Positions 1 through 13,438 of a stretch of DNA of 64,000 nucleotides are shown in pieces (the first letter of the stretch is position 1; the number at the start of each line of letters is the position of its first letter). Under the pieces are notes generated by a model. It was not told the DNA's origin. It searched no databases and saw only the letters and a list, made by a program, of their open reading frames with translations. A program made the position numbers and the translations under genes. The stretch is taken from contig NC_068988.1 in assembly GCF_001194135.2 (NCBI RefSeq), forward strand, positions 64,949,692 to 65,013,691. The letters are read 5' to 3'. Origin of the DNA: Octopus bimaculoides. Lineage: Eukaryota.

Positions 1-858
1 TTCTCACCTCCACACCCTACATCACCCTTCACCTTTTAATAACTTTGATTGAGGAAAACAGTCTCATAAATTGAACCCAGATCAATTACACACACACACA
101 CACGCAACTAGATAAACACACACACATGCAACTAGATAAACACACACACACGCAACTAGATAAATACACACACACATAAATCATTTAGCCTGAAGACACA
201 AATGTATTCCTATGACAAGTGCTAGGCATCGGATGCTCACTTTAAAAAAAAATATGAGAGATAATGTGTTTTCTTGAAGTCATTATTGTAATTGTCCAAT
301 GCAAGATTTATCTTATTAATAGAAATACTGCCCTGCAGGCAGTGTTTCTGCTAGTCGCCAAATAATACTAAGGCATTTTATTCCCAATTTGTGTAATTCT
401 TCTGCTATGTGGTCCAATATCTCCTTTTATCCCTTACTCTATTAATAAATAGATTTAGTATAATAGCAAGCACCCAAAGACAGTGTTAGAATTTATGAAG
501 AAATCAGGTATTATTCTGACTTAACTTCTCCACATAAAAATCCTCAGCTTATTGTATAATATATATATATATATATATGATTTTATACTTTTGCATAGAA
601 GTGAGCAGGATTGTATGCCTAGTATGTTGTGGAACCCATTGCAGAATATTTAACTTAAGTATGAGTCAAAAAGAATACAAAACTGCAACATGAGTTGCTA
701 AAACCAACAAACTAATCCAGAAAATTGTTTCTATCTGTTTGTATTGCTGGACATGTCTCTAAGCCTGAATAATGTGTAACAATCGCAGATGCTCTCCACT
801 GTGGAACCCATATTCTGATCAACCAATCTAACATTGCAATCTTTATTTCTTTGTGTAG

Positions 859-1014
859 GGTGCCTCTTCAAGTCTAGTTGTGAAATTTGCTGACACAGAA
901 AAAGAACGACAATTGCGTCGAATGCAACAGATGGCCGGCCCCCTCAGCCTGTTAAACCCGTTTGCTCTCACACAATTTGGTGGTTATGGAGGATACACCC
1001 AAGTTAGTACACAG
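859..1014 (+). CDS. CELF4: CELF3-6 subfamily RNA-binding protein, exon A (end of RRM2 and start of linker)
   Basis: Acceptor ttgtgtag|, donor |gtaagt at 1015. 156 nt encode [52 protein letters not shown], the CELF4/bru3/UNC-75 signature after RRM2. The symbol denotes the CELF3-6 orthology group, not one-to-one orthology. Confidence 0.96.
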
Positions 1015-1950
1015 GTAAGTTAGGTTTTGTACCTTTATTAACTAGAATATATCACCAATTCTTTTTCGTGTTTTAGCTATAGTTTTCCTCTCCACCATCA
1101 GAGCAAAGCAGTGATGTGATATCATGTTTATATTCCTTGTAAACAATGCATTCTGTGGCTCTGCACTTTCAAAGACCAGTGGAAGGAAAAAATAATCTCT
1201 TAGTTGAGAAACAGGTGAGTGTTGGTGACAGGAAGGGCATCCGGGTATAAGATACTGCCTCAACTGAGTCCTTGCTAGCAAGGACAAATACTCAAAAAAC
1301 AAACATTTTTCCTAAATTGTTGTTGTTTCTCCAAACAAACAATCTCTCAGAGATGGTCTATTATTGACCATTCCCTTGATAAGTTGACCAGCAGCTACAC
1401 TATTGTCTTCAGTAAGTTGACCAATAGTAACTGTTTCACTGACCTTGGAAAGCTAGTAAAAGCTAAGATGAAGTTACTGCAGGATTGAAATGTTAGCCAT
1501 AAGCTCATTAATTACACAAACTGGATTAGTGTCATGTTCTCAATCCATGTAACATTCAATATCCATTTGACACATTCGATTTGGTAGAAAACTTAATATT
1601 TGCTCAGCTTTTTAGTGTTAGGATTTATGTGGATGTGTGTGTGTGTGTGTGTTTTGACCTAAGGATTAAAGGTATGTGTGGGTTCTAAAAATAAGACAAA
1701 AGAGATCTTTTTTCAAAAACATTTACTTCTACATCAGCTGATTAAATTTACCTGGGATGTGAAAATAAATGTTCTGTTTGACTGTTCTTTGCTGATAGGC
1801 TCCAATAAGGCAGAAACATACCTGCTTGCTGTCACCTTATCTGCTTCCAAAGATCAAATTCCCTCCATCCACATAAATACCTAAAGTAAAACTTGATTTA
1901 GTGAAATTAATCATCAATTTCTAGGACTATTTCCTCTTTTATTTGAGAGT

Positions 1951-2323
1951 TCTTTATTCTCTTTTACTTGTTTCAGTCATTTGACTGCGGCCATGCTGGA
2001 GCACCACCTTTAGTCAAACAAATCAACCCCAGGACTTATTCTTTGTAAGCCTAGTACTTATTCTATCGGTCTCTTTTGCCGAACCGCTAAGTTACGGGAG
2101 ACGTAAACACACCAATATCGGTTGTCAAGCGAAGTTGTGGGGACAAACGCAAACACACATATATGTATACATATACACGACGGGCTTCTTTCAGTTTCCA
2201 TCTACCAATCCACTCACAAGGCTTTGGTCGGTCCAAGGCTATAGTTGAAGACACTTGCCCAAGGTGCCACGCAGTGGGACTGAACCCGGAACCATGTGGT
2301 TGGTAAGCAAGCTACTTACCACG
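1951..2323 (-). mobile_element. tRNA-derived SINE family A (CORE-like; resembles octopus OR1/OR2 type)
   Basis: Head GTGGTAAGTAGCTTGC..GGTTCAGTCCCACTGCGTGGCACCTTGGGCAAGTGTC, where CCTTGGGCAAGT resembles the CORE-SINE motif. Exact family name needs a Dfam/Repbase comparison. Confidence 0.8.
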
Positions 2324-2955
2324 CAACTGTTTACAATTCCTGTTAGGTGTTTTATTGTCTTTCTCCAACTGGGAGATAAATTTTAAGCATTTTGATACCA
2401 ATCTGCCTGAAAGCACCTCTTGGTTCTATAGTACAAACTTTTGGTTTTAAAGTGATCTAAACAAAAGCCTTCCATCAAAATTTCATGATAATTTCTGTTC
2501 CTGATGCCAGCTTAATAATGGTATAAGTTAAAGCTGTTTTACTAAATTCTTTATTTTCAAAATTAACTGAAACACAGGTTGTGTATACCAACTGAAATAT
2601 GGTAGCAAAAGGGTTAATCAGTTACTCAATTCAAAACACCATTATTACCACCACCATCACCACCACAACCACTTGATTATTGGATAACAGTAATGGGGCC
2701 CATTCTGTTGCAAATGTTAGAATCAAATCTGCAATCAGAATATAACACATGTCTTAATGTGCCACTTCCATACACTTACATACAGATATATGTGTGTGTA
2801 TGTATATAATGTGTACGTAAGCATGTGCTATCTAATGGAATTCTGTATGATCTGTGAACACTTTTAAACTGCTAATTAAAATGTGAATTAAATACTTCAT
2901 TACAATTCATGTTTGCTTTATTTTGCAAACTCTCATAGTTATATATAAATGTGTA

Positions 2956-2992
<37 letters not shown>

Positions 2993-3302
2993 TCACACTT
3001 ACACACATAAGACTCAACACAAAACAACAAATACTTCTCCTTTACTACAGTTTTCTTTACTTTTAATCATCTAACATTCTGAAGAAGTGCTTAAGCTCAA
3101 AACATCAAAAACACTTATATCTTAATTGTTTATTGAGCATTAAGCTAATAATTACACCTTGTTTTCACTTTGTCTCTTTTTTGTTACAGTTTTCATTTCT
3201 AGTTTGAATACATATGTGTGTGTGTGTATATTATATATATATATATATATAAAAGTTTAATTTATATTATTTGATGGTTATTATTTTCTGTCATGTTTTC
3301 AG

Positions 3303-3474
3303 CAATTAATGCAACAGCAAGCTGCGATTATGGCAGCTGCAGCTACACAAGGGACATACTTGGCTAGCCCTATCGCCTCCCTCGCAGCACATGTGCAGTC
3401 TATGAATGCTTTGGGAGCTCCAAATGGTATAAGCACAGCAGCCATCACACCTACAACTGGATCGCTAGCAAATG
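3303..3474 (+). CDS. CELF4: CELF exon B (Gln/Ala-rich linker)
   Basis: Acceptor gttttcag|, donor |gtaaat at 3475. QLMQQQAAIMAAAATQGTYLASPIASLAAHVQSMNALGAPNGISTAAITPTTGSLANG matches the CELF4 'ALMQQQAALMA' linker. Phase 0 to phase 1, compatible with exons A and C. Confidence 0.92.
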
Positions 3475-3711
3475 GTAAATAGATTGAACAACANNNNNNN
3501 NNNNNNNNNNNNNNNNNNNNNNNNNNNNNNNNNNNNNNNNNNNNNNNNNNNNNNNNNNNNNNNNNNNNNNNNNNNNNNNNNNNNNNNNNNNNNNNNNNNN
3601 NNNNNNNNNNNNNNNNNNNNNNNNNNNNNNNNNNNNNNNNNNNNNNNNNNNNNNNNNNNNNNNNNNNNNNNNNNNNNNNNNNNNNNNNNNNNNNNNNNNN
3701 NNNNNNNNNNN

Positions 3712-4701
3712 GAAAAGTGCTTTGCAGCATTTATTCCAGATTTTTATGCTCTGAGTTCAAATCCTGCCAAAGTTCACTTTTCTTTTCATCCCTCCAGGGT
3801 TGATAAAATAACGAACTAATCAAGAACTGAGCTGGCAGAGACATTAGCACGCCAGGCAAAATGCTTAGCAGTATTTTGTCTGTCTTTATGTTCTGAATTC
3901 AAATTCTGCTGAGGTCAACTTTGCCTTTCATCCTTTTGGGGTCAATGAATTAAGTACCAGCTGTGTACTGGAGTCGATCTAATTGACTGGCTTCCTCCCC
4001 AAAAATGTCAGGCCTTGGCCTAGAGTAGAAAAGAATACTGATCGTCCCACTCCTCTCAAAATGTTTGCCTTATGCCTAAAACAAAAAACCACAGGCAATA
4101 AGCAAGCAGAATTATCAAAGCATTGGAATAAAAGCTTTGCAGTGTTTATCCTAGTTCTTTATATTCTGAGTTCAAATCCCACTGGGAAAACTTACCCTTT
4201 CATCCTGTCAAGGTCAATAAAATAAAGTACCAGAATTGTTAGCATACCAGAGAAAGTGCTTGGCAGCATTTCTTCCAACTTTACATTCTGAGTTCAAATT
4301 CTGCCAAGGTCAACTTTGCCTCTCATCCTTTCAGGGTTGATGAAATAAGTACCAGTTGAGTACTGGGGTCACTGTAACTGATTAGATCCCTCTCCCAAAA
4401 GGCTTCAGCTTTCCTCAGATGTTATCCCGCAGCAAATTCAACACATAAACAAAACACATACACCATGTATGTGCAAGTGATAATGTTTACACAGCAAGCT
4501 GGCAGAATTGTTACCATGTTGGACAAAATGCCTAGTAGTATTTCACCCGATGCTACGTTCAGAGTTCAAATTCCACCGAGGTCGACTTTGCCTTTCATCC
4601 TTTCGGGGTCGATAAATTAAGTACCGGTGAAACACTGGGGCTGATATAATCGGCTAGTCCCCTCCCCTCAAATTTGAGGCCTTGTTCTTCCAGTAGAAAG
4701 G
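3712..4701 (+). mobile_element. Head-to-tail cluster of about five SINE family B copies or fragments
   Basis: Repeated motif TTCTGAGTTCAAAT(T)CC/TGC..GTCAACTTTGCCTTTCATCCTTT..GGGGT near 3750, 3890, 4165, 4285 and 4560. Confidence 0.8.
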
Positions 4702-4722
4702 ATTATTATTATTATTATTATT

Positions 4723-5011
4723 GTTCAGTAGTTTTATTTTTATAACTTGCTTTCACTTCACTACCAAGCGCCTTGGGTATGTGCTGTGGTTTGCTGTGAT
4801 GCTCTTATGGTTACTGTATTGAAAGTGTTTTGCGTAGGATGTGTGCAGTACCCAGTAGTGCAATTTTCTGTATGTTATATATATTTGTAAGTCCTGGTGT
4901 TTTTGTTATGTATTTGTCTGAATATTTTTTTATTATACCTAAGGCACCTACTATAATAGGAATTGTTTCTGTTTTTAGATTCCACATTCGAGTTATCTCT
5001 ATTTCCAGGTC
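4723..5011 (-). mobile_element. 5'-truncated R4/Dong-clade non-LTR element inside a (TAA)n tract
   Basis: Minus strand reads DLEIEITRMWNLKTETIPIIVGALGIIKKYSDKYITKTPGLTNIYNIQKIALLGTAHILRKTLSIQ* (stop 4811-4813). Flanked by (ATT)n at 4702-4722 and 5012-5051. Confidence 0.82.
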
Positions 5012-5051
<40 letters not shown>

Positions 5052-5104
5052 ATGATTTCAAATCAGTTCTCACCAATGTTCGACTGTCGTTCCCTTCTAT
5101 TTAG

Positions 5105-5233
5105 GTACAGCAACATCACCAGCTATTAATGGTGCCCCCAACATGCTTTCACCAACCGTAACCAGTTTCCCAGTTCCCCAGGCTAACAGCCAAGCACCAG
5201 AAGTGTACGCCAATGGAATTCCACATTATCCAG
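5105..5233 (+). CDS. CELF4: CELF exon C (linker)
   Basis: Acceptor ttctatttag|, donor |gtttgt at 5234. 129 nt, phase 1-1, (G)TATSPAINGAPNMLSPTVTSFPVPQANSQAPEVYANGIPHYP; the end matches CELF4 'EAVFANGIHPYP'. Confidence 0.92.
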
Positions 5234-5787
5234 GTTTGTCTTTATGTACTTCACAATATTCCATTCTTTGTTATTTATTCATTTATTTGCTTCTCTTTAG
5301 TTTTTTTCCTTGAATTTTTTGTTCCTTTTTTTTTATTATTTCTTCCTGCTTTTATTTAAATTTGTGGGAGTTCTGCAGAAATTCTGTTTTTTATAAGTTG
5401 CCCTATTTCTATTTTGGTGCCTAAAATTTCTAGAGCTTCAAAATATCATTTCCCTACATCTTCTGATTCATTCCCATAGTTGAGGCTGTTTCTAGTGTAA
5501 CACTGAAATAGACGAATGTCATATCAAGGAGAATTATATATATATATTCAGTCTGTTTTTAAGGGGCTAGCTTTTGAGAGTTTCATTTCCTCGCATTCGG
5601 TAAAAATGTATTTTTTATGGTAGTCTGACCTTAGTCCCTCATAGCATGAGGCATTCTTGTATAGTAATGCCCTTATATAAATAAATATATTTTGGGGAAT
5701 AAATGATGGATTTTTTCCCTTATGAGGTTTTTTTCATGCTAGCTACTTGATAGATTCTTGTAAAAGAATTCATCCTATTATTGAATT

Positions 5788-5846
<59 letters not shown>

Positions 5847-7505
5847 AAAGCGAAATCGTGATGGTACCCGTGCCCAGCATCACCTCCCTGGCACTTGTGC
5901 CGGTAGCACGTGTAAAGACATTCGAATGTATTGTCATGATCCTCCCCAGAGAATTACATTAAGAGTAGACATTTCTGTGGAGTACTCAGCCACTAACATG
6001 TTAATTTAGTGAGAAAGTAATTCAGTTGATTGAACAACTGAACACTCAGAGTTGCGGCCAACAGATTTTATAAATTTGTTGTTCCAATTATTGCCAAATC
6101 AATCCAAATGAAGCAGACTTATGACCAAAGCGTTCCAGTTATGACCATCCTAGGGAATCTATAAACACATTGTCCAATGTGTCCATTTGTGAGATAGTTT
6201 TCAGGAAAATTTGAGGAAGATTTAGCTGCTATTTCTAACAGATCGATTTGAGGAAGATTTAGCTACTATTTCTATCATATGAAACGACTATATGGAATCT
6301 CCATCGTAAACTCATTCAAAAATTAATTAAAATACTTAAGCAGTGTTTTTTGCTAGAAATGTGGTAATGTAAGGGTGATAATGCTTGCAGGTTGATTTAA
6401 GGGAGATATGACTGATTTTTAGCAGGTCGAATGACCATATAGAGGCTCTTTTGTAGGCTCATTCAAAAATTAACATATATATATAAGCAATGTATTTCAT
6501 TTGGAATATGATGATGAAAGGGTTAAGACAGTAAGATGCAATTTGAGGGAGATTTGGCTGCTATTTCTAGCAGATCACTCAACCAGGTAAACGATTTCTC
6601 CTTCACAGCAGAGTGGTGGTGATGTAATTGAGCATATGCAGGGAGTGGGGGTGGGGGGGTCGATAGTGCAGATGTCTTTGTCATTAGAATACACAGATAA
6701 TTAGCTAGTGTTGCTAGGTTACGTCATCACAATGTTGCGATGATGACGACAACAGCAGTGTCAGAGGATGGATGGATGGATGGTGGGCGTGGGCGTGGGC
6801 TGGGACTTGGTGAGGGCTTACTCTTTTTTTGTTGTGCTGATCAATATCTGTGACAGAAATGATGCTTGATTATGACAACGATATTCTTGTTCATGTCATT
6901 GTTTAGTCCTGACTCAGTTCTAATTGAAAAGACCTCAGAGCCAAGATAATCTGCATCGTGATCGATCGTTATTTTTTAGGGCATAACATATTACGCACTA
7001 CATTATCTAATGGATCCCTCTCTCTCTCTTTTTTTTACCCCCTCCAAGAATATTAGGCTGTAGTTTGAAGGCAATTTGGTTGCTATTTCTAAGAGGTTGA
7101 TCAACAACCTAGAATAATCATGAGTAAACTGTGGGCCACAGGACATTCTAAACGGCACACCTAATCAAAAAAATTACCTTGAATTTTTTTACAGTAGTGC
7201 GACGTATCTGATAATGAGCCATGTCTCATGTGGCCCACTTCTTGGAAAAGGTTGCTTATGCCTGGCATAGAGGTTCTCTATTATTTGTTGTTCGTTGCTG
7301 TTGTTGTTGTTATTGCATAGCTCTAAGTCAACTCATATTGAGCAGGCCTATGACTAAAGGTGTTCCAACCATGACAATCTATCTTTCTTTAAGATGTAGT
7401 GTAAAACATCATCATTATCGTCATTTAGTATCTGTTTTCTATGCTGGCAAAGGTTGGATGGTTTAACAGGAACTGGCAAAGCCCGGAGCCATGCAAGGCT
7501 CTACA

Positions 7506-7546
<41 letters not shown>

Positions 7547-10500
7547 GAGAATATACAAATAATAACAACAGACGAGGACAGGTGGTGTAAATAACAAAAG
7601 TATATATTAGTATGACGCTCGGGAATACGGAAAGTCTTTGACGTTTCGAGCTACGCTCTTCAACAGAAAGAATACGGAGACAAGGAGAAAAATATATATA
7701 TATATATATATATATATGGATGGATGGATGCAGGTGTAGCTGTGTGGTAAGAAGTTTGCTTCCCAACTGCATGGTTCCGGGTTCAGTTCCTCTGCATGGC
7801 ACCTTGGGTAAGTGTCTTCTACTATAATAGCCTCAGACCAACCAAAGCTTTGTGAACGGATTTAGTCAATGGAAACTAAAAGAAGCCCATTCTGTTTGTG
7901 TGTGTACATATATATCATCATCATCGTTTAACGTCCGCTTTCCATGCTAGCATGGGTTGGACGATTTGACTGAGGACTGGTGAAACCGGATGGCAACACC
8001 AGGCTCCAGTCTGATTTGGCAGAGTTTCTACAGCTGGATGCCCTTCCTAACGCCAACCACTCAGAGAGTGTAGTGGGTGCTTTTACGTGTCACCCGCACA
8101 AAAACGGCCACGCTCGAAATGGTGTCTTTTATGTGCCACCCGCACAAGTCAGTCCAGGGGCACTGGCAACGATCTCGCTCGAAAATCCTACAGGAGCCAG
8201 TCAGGCGGTACTGGCAACGGCCACGTTCAAAATGGTGCATCTCNNNNNNNNNNNNNNNNNNNNNNNNNNNNNNNNNNNNNNNNNNNNNNNNNNNNNNNNN
8301 NNNNNNNNNNNNNNNNNNNNNNNNNNNNNNNNNNNNNNNNNNNNNNNNNNNNNNNNNNNNNNNNNNNNNNNNNNNNNNNNNNNNNNNNNNNNNNNNNNNN
8401 NNNNNNNNNNNNNNNNNNNNNNNNNNNNNNNNNNNNNNNNNNNNNNNNNNNNNNNNNNNNNNNNNNNNNNNNNNNNNNNNNNNNNNNNNNNNNNNNNNNN
8501 NNNNNNNNNNNNNNNNNNNNNNNNNNNNNNNNNNNNNNNNNNNNNNNNNNNNNNNNNNNNNNNNNNNNNNNNNNNNNNNNNNNNNNNNNNNNNNNNNNNN
8601 NNNNNNNNNNNNNNNNNNNNNNNNNNNNNNNNNNNNNNNNNNNNNNNNNNNNNNNNNNNNNNNNNNNNNNNNNNNNNNNNNNNNNNNNNNNNNNNNNNNN
8701 NNNNNNNNNNNNNNNNNNNNNNNNNNNNNNNNNNNNNNNNNNNNNNNNNNNNNNNNNNNNNNNNNNNNNNNNNNNNNNNNNNNNNNNNNNNNNNNNNNNN
8801 NNNNNNNNNNNNNNNNNNNNNNNNNNNNNNGTAAGAGCTCTCTAAACTTTGCCCAGGCTATTCTTATTCTAGCAGCTACACTTTCAGCGCACCCACCCCC
8901 ACTACTAACTTGGTCGCCCAGATAGCGGAAGCTATCGACTACCTCTAGTTTTTCACCCTATTCTACTGGATTTTTAAAAACTTTTCTACATTTTAAATCT
9001 GAAACAGCTGTAAGCTAATGGAGTTGACTGCATATGTCCTGTTCCCTTGTCATTCAATAATCAATATACATATCAAATATAACCCTACAATAAAAAGATA
9101 TTACACATCATTATATGTGTGTGTTTATGTGTGTGTGAACCTATATTTGTCTCCCACCACCACTGGACAACAATGTTCATGTGTTTACATCCACCATAAC
9201 TGAGCAGTTCAGCAAAAGCCACTGATAGAATAAGTAGCTGACTTTAAAAGTTACTGGGGTTGATTTCTTTGAGTGAAACCCTTCAAGGCGGTGCTCTAGC
9301 ATGGCCACAGTCCAATGACTGAAGTGGGTAAAAGGTATTTAGTACATCCGTTTCATATCGACCACTAATTCTCTTTTGCTTTTGTTGATCCCTAAAAAAA
9401 TATGAATGTATTGAAAATAATAGGTTTCAGATATGATAGGTTAATAATAGATATTAATTTCACTTTGTGCTCCCTAAGTAGCACACAACTTCTGGTGAGT
9501 GTTTAAATTATAGCTAACCCCTATCTTTAATTACTACTCACCATGTAACTCCTATTATATTAAATACTGTGAACTTCTAATCATCATCATCGTCATTGTT
9601 ATTATTAAGAGCATTAAAGGTAGCGAGCTGACAGAATCGTTAGCACACCGGGGGAAAATGTTTAGTTGTATCTTCATCTTTACAGTCTGAGTTCAAATTC
9701 TGCTGAGGTCGACTTTGCCTTTCATCCTTTTGGGTCAATAAAATAAATACCAATTGATCACTGGGATCGATACAATTGACTTTTCCCTCTCCCTGAAATT
9801 GCAGGATTTGTGCCAAAATTTGAAACTATTATTAACCCTTTTGTTACCATATTTCTCTCCACATCCACTGGTTTTGTTTCAATTAAGTTTAAAAATAATG
9901 AAGCGTTTAGTAAAATAATTTTGTTATTATTAAGCTGGTGCCTGGAGCATAAATTAATATGAAATTTTAATGCAAGGTTTTGATTTTTAGATGACATTTA
10001 ACCCTTTAGCATTCAGAGCACCCATGCCAGTGGCATGTAAAAAGCACCTTTGAAGTGTTGAGTCTCGCAGAGGACAAAGATCTTCGGCAATATGCCATCA
10101 AGCCAAGCAAAATCGAAGCTGTGGCTGATGCTGGGTCACATTACTGGTACCTATGCCAGTGGCACATAAAAAGCACCTTTTGAGCATTGTGCCTCATGGA
10201 GCTCCTTTCGAGTGTTGAGCCTCACAGAGGCAATGATGAATGACTGAGACCTTTGCTATTATGTCGTGCTTGAGAAGAAGACGCATCAAGCCAAGTAAAA
10301 TCGCAGTCATGGCAGATACTGGTGTCACGCAAATGGCACCTGTGCCGGTGGCACACAAAAGCACCCATTACATTCTAGGAGTGGTTGGCATTAGGAAAGG
10401 CATCCAGCTATAAAAACCATACCAGATCAGACTGGAGTCTGGTGCAGCCCTTCAGCTTGCCAGCCCTGGTCAATCTGTCCAACCCATGCCAGCATGGACA

Positions 10501-11298
10501 ATAGACGTAAAATGATGATGAGTACTCTGTCAAATGTAATGCTTATTTATTCTTATTGTTTTAAATTAATAATGCACCATTTTATAACTTCAAGGTTTCA
10601 ATGATATGATTGTTCATTTTTAGAATGACATTGTAGAGTAGGTGTGAGATACCAGATCTGGTCAGTTTGAACATAAAACAAGTAGAATATTTCGGCTGGA
10701 CATGGCTGGTTTGAATACTTAAGGGCTAAATAGGAAGAGTGTATCATAGATCCAAATGTGTTCCCAGGTAGGAGGGTATCAAAAGGCATCAGATTGACAG
10801 AATCGTTGGTGGCAGAAAAAAAAAATGCTTTATCGCATCTGTTCCAACTCTCAACGTTTTGAATTCAAATTGCACTGGGTTCAATTTTGCCTTTCATCCT
10901 ATCGAGATTGATAAAAATAAAATACCAGTCATGTACTGAGGTTGATAATATCAACTAACCCCCCTCTCCTCGAAAATGATGGTGTTGTACCTAGACAGGA
11001 TGGCCAAGGCATAAGATGCCCAATGAATCAAAACTGACCTGAGCGTACTGAACAATATCAACAACGACCAGTGAATCATCAACACAAGATACAGTATGGA
11101 TCCATAGTCTATTAGACTTTGGGATCGATATTGTCAAATCCATAGTCTATTACACTAAACAAATATAGTTGCAAACAAATTGCTCTTCAGAAATAACAAT
11201 GTTGAATAATTAACAAAAAGAAAGGGGAAAAAAAACATCATTTTCTTTAATATCTCGGCTTAATATGTCTATCATCTATCAATATGGTTTACTTCCAG

Positions 11299-11361
11299 CC
11301 CAAGCAGTTGCTAATGGAGATCCACTTCAAGCCTACGCAGTACAGCCTTATGCAGGAATCG
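11299..11361 (+). CDS. CELF4: CELF exon D (linker)
   Basis: Acceptor ttacttccag|, donor |gtcagt at 11362. 63 nt, phase 1-1, AQAVANGDPLQAYAVQPYAGI, similar to CELF4 '[22 protein letters not shown]'. Confidence 0.9.
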
Positions 11362-11494
11362 GTCAGTATACACAGTTAATCTTCTGTACATTGATTTCTT
11401 ATGTTTTATCAAGCATTGCTTCTTCTTTCTCTGTGATAGATAACATTATTTTTTCTTGATTTGTTCTTTTCTTCCTTATAAATTATATTATAGG

Positions 11495-11890
11495 CATGGG
11501 CGTGGCTGTGTAGTAAGATGTTTGCTGCCCAACCACATGGTTCCGGGTTCGTTCCCACTGTGTGGTACCTTGAGCAAAGCGTCTTCTACTATAGCCTCAG
11601 GCCAACCAAAGCCTTGTGAATGGATTTGGTAGACAGGAGCTGGAAGAAGCCTGTTATATATGTGTGTGTGTGTTTGTGTCTTTGTATTGATGTCTGTCTC
11701 CCACAACCACCTGACAACCAGTATTGATGTATTTACATCCCTGTAACTAAGCAGTTCAGCAAATGAGACTATAGAATAAATGCCAGGCTTTAAAAAATAT
11801 ATACAGGGGTTGATTTATTTGGTTAAAAATGCTTCAAGGCAGTGCCCCAGCATGGCCATAGTCTGACTGAAACAAGTAATAGATAAAAGA
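11495..11890 (+). mobile_element. SINE family A, near full length
   Basis: Same head, body and tail as 1951-2323. Other copies at ~7731-7890 (+), 34595-34785 (-), 41605-41905 (-), 50710-50990 (+) and 63340-63600 (-). Confidence 0.8.
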
Positions 11891-12780
11891 TATTCTCAAC
11901 ACAGTATCATATGATTTTCTACTGTGCCACCAGGTGTACCTCCTTGTTCCTGTATTGTGTGCAACAATGTCTTTTAGGAGTCTAGAGTTGTGCTTGTATA
12001 CAGCATCCACTTAGCTTGCTTGGTTGTTAGGTTTTTGTTATGATATTTGGGGATTTTCCTTTTTTAGTGTTTCAAACTGTTTGTTGTGTACAATAAAGAA
12101 TGAAGGCAATGTGGGTTTAGTGTTTCCATTGGCTGGTCTGTGTTATGTATTTTAATGTTGGGTGGTTAGTGTGAGTTGTGTGGTTTGTGTTCTGTGATAT
12201 GTAGAAATAGTAGTTGGAGGGCATATGCTGTAAGCAGCAAATCACTGCATCCACCACTTGTTGGTGATTCCTTGCTACTCCTGGTGGACGACACCTTTGC
12301 ATCACTCAGGTGAAAAACTCTCCAACCCAGGGGTCTGTTTGGGTAGTCGTTGCTGGTGAGGGTTTTACGAGGCTGGAGTGCAAGTCCTACCACGACCACT
12401 TTTATTTACCTTTTACAACACACAAAGGAAATGCTGGGTCTATTCTTCAGCATGTCAGGCCCCACACAACACTAGAACAACATGAAATAAAATGTTTTGC
12501 TCAAAACCACAACACACTGCCCGGTCTGGGAATCAAACACACAATCTGGCAATCATGAGCACAAAACTCTAACCACTAGGCTAGATAATGATTGTGTTGT
12601 GTGGGCGGCTGTGGATTGGCAGAAGTATTAGAGTATTGGACAAAATGCCTTGGAGTATTTGACTCTTTACATTCTGAGTTCAAATTCTGCCAAGATTAAC
12701 TTTACTTTTTGTCCCAAGGCTGATAAAATAAAGTACCAGTATATGTGTGCATATATATATATATATATATNNNNNNNNNN

Positions 12781-12818
<38 letters not shown>

Positions 12819-13438
12819 TTTATAGATGGGTATATGTATATGCAATTGTACATATGTATATATGTATAGGTGGGTATATATATGTAACCTATGTAGTAAT
12901 ATATAAACAGGGCAAATTTAACTATTTTTCCAGAGATTGAAAAAAATTAACTGCCTCAATTGATTTTCAGACCTTAATGTATTCTCATTGGACGAGTCTA
13001 CATCACACTGACCAATCCCAGAGAAATAAGCAGCCACTTGGTTTATATACACAACAAATCCAGTAGCTTCAGAGAAATGGAGCTACGAGATAGCGTACTA
13101 TAAGTATTTGATGCATATATGTGTATAGACATACATATATATATATATATAAATGTTAATATCAAACATTTTGAATGAGTGTTCAGCACTACATCAGTGG
13201 ATAAATACTCTTTATTTGTGTGTTAACAAAGTTACCAATGGTTTCATGTGAAGAGATCTTCACAGTTGATCAAGTATCCCACATGGAAGTGTTAATAGTC
13301 GTCTCCATTCTGGAGATAAGAATCAACATTGGCATGTGACACACTTGAACATTTGTGAATATCCTTTTGCATGAAACCATTGATGGTCTTGTTAACCCAC
13401 AAATAACAAAAAGTATATATATATATATATATATATAT

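Noticed and set aside
88-176. Three copies of (CA)n-GCAACTAGATAA
   Set aside because: Simple microsatellite-anchored tandem triplication with no further structure.
7980-8925. Long ORFs that are mostly X (also at 13292-14308, 59443-60009, 60862-61992)
   Set aside because: Artefacts of reading through N gaps; the non-X parts are retroposon or microsatellite sequence, except the RT fragment listed as a feature.
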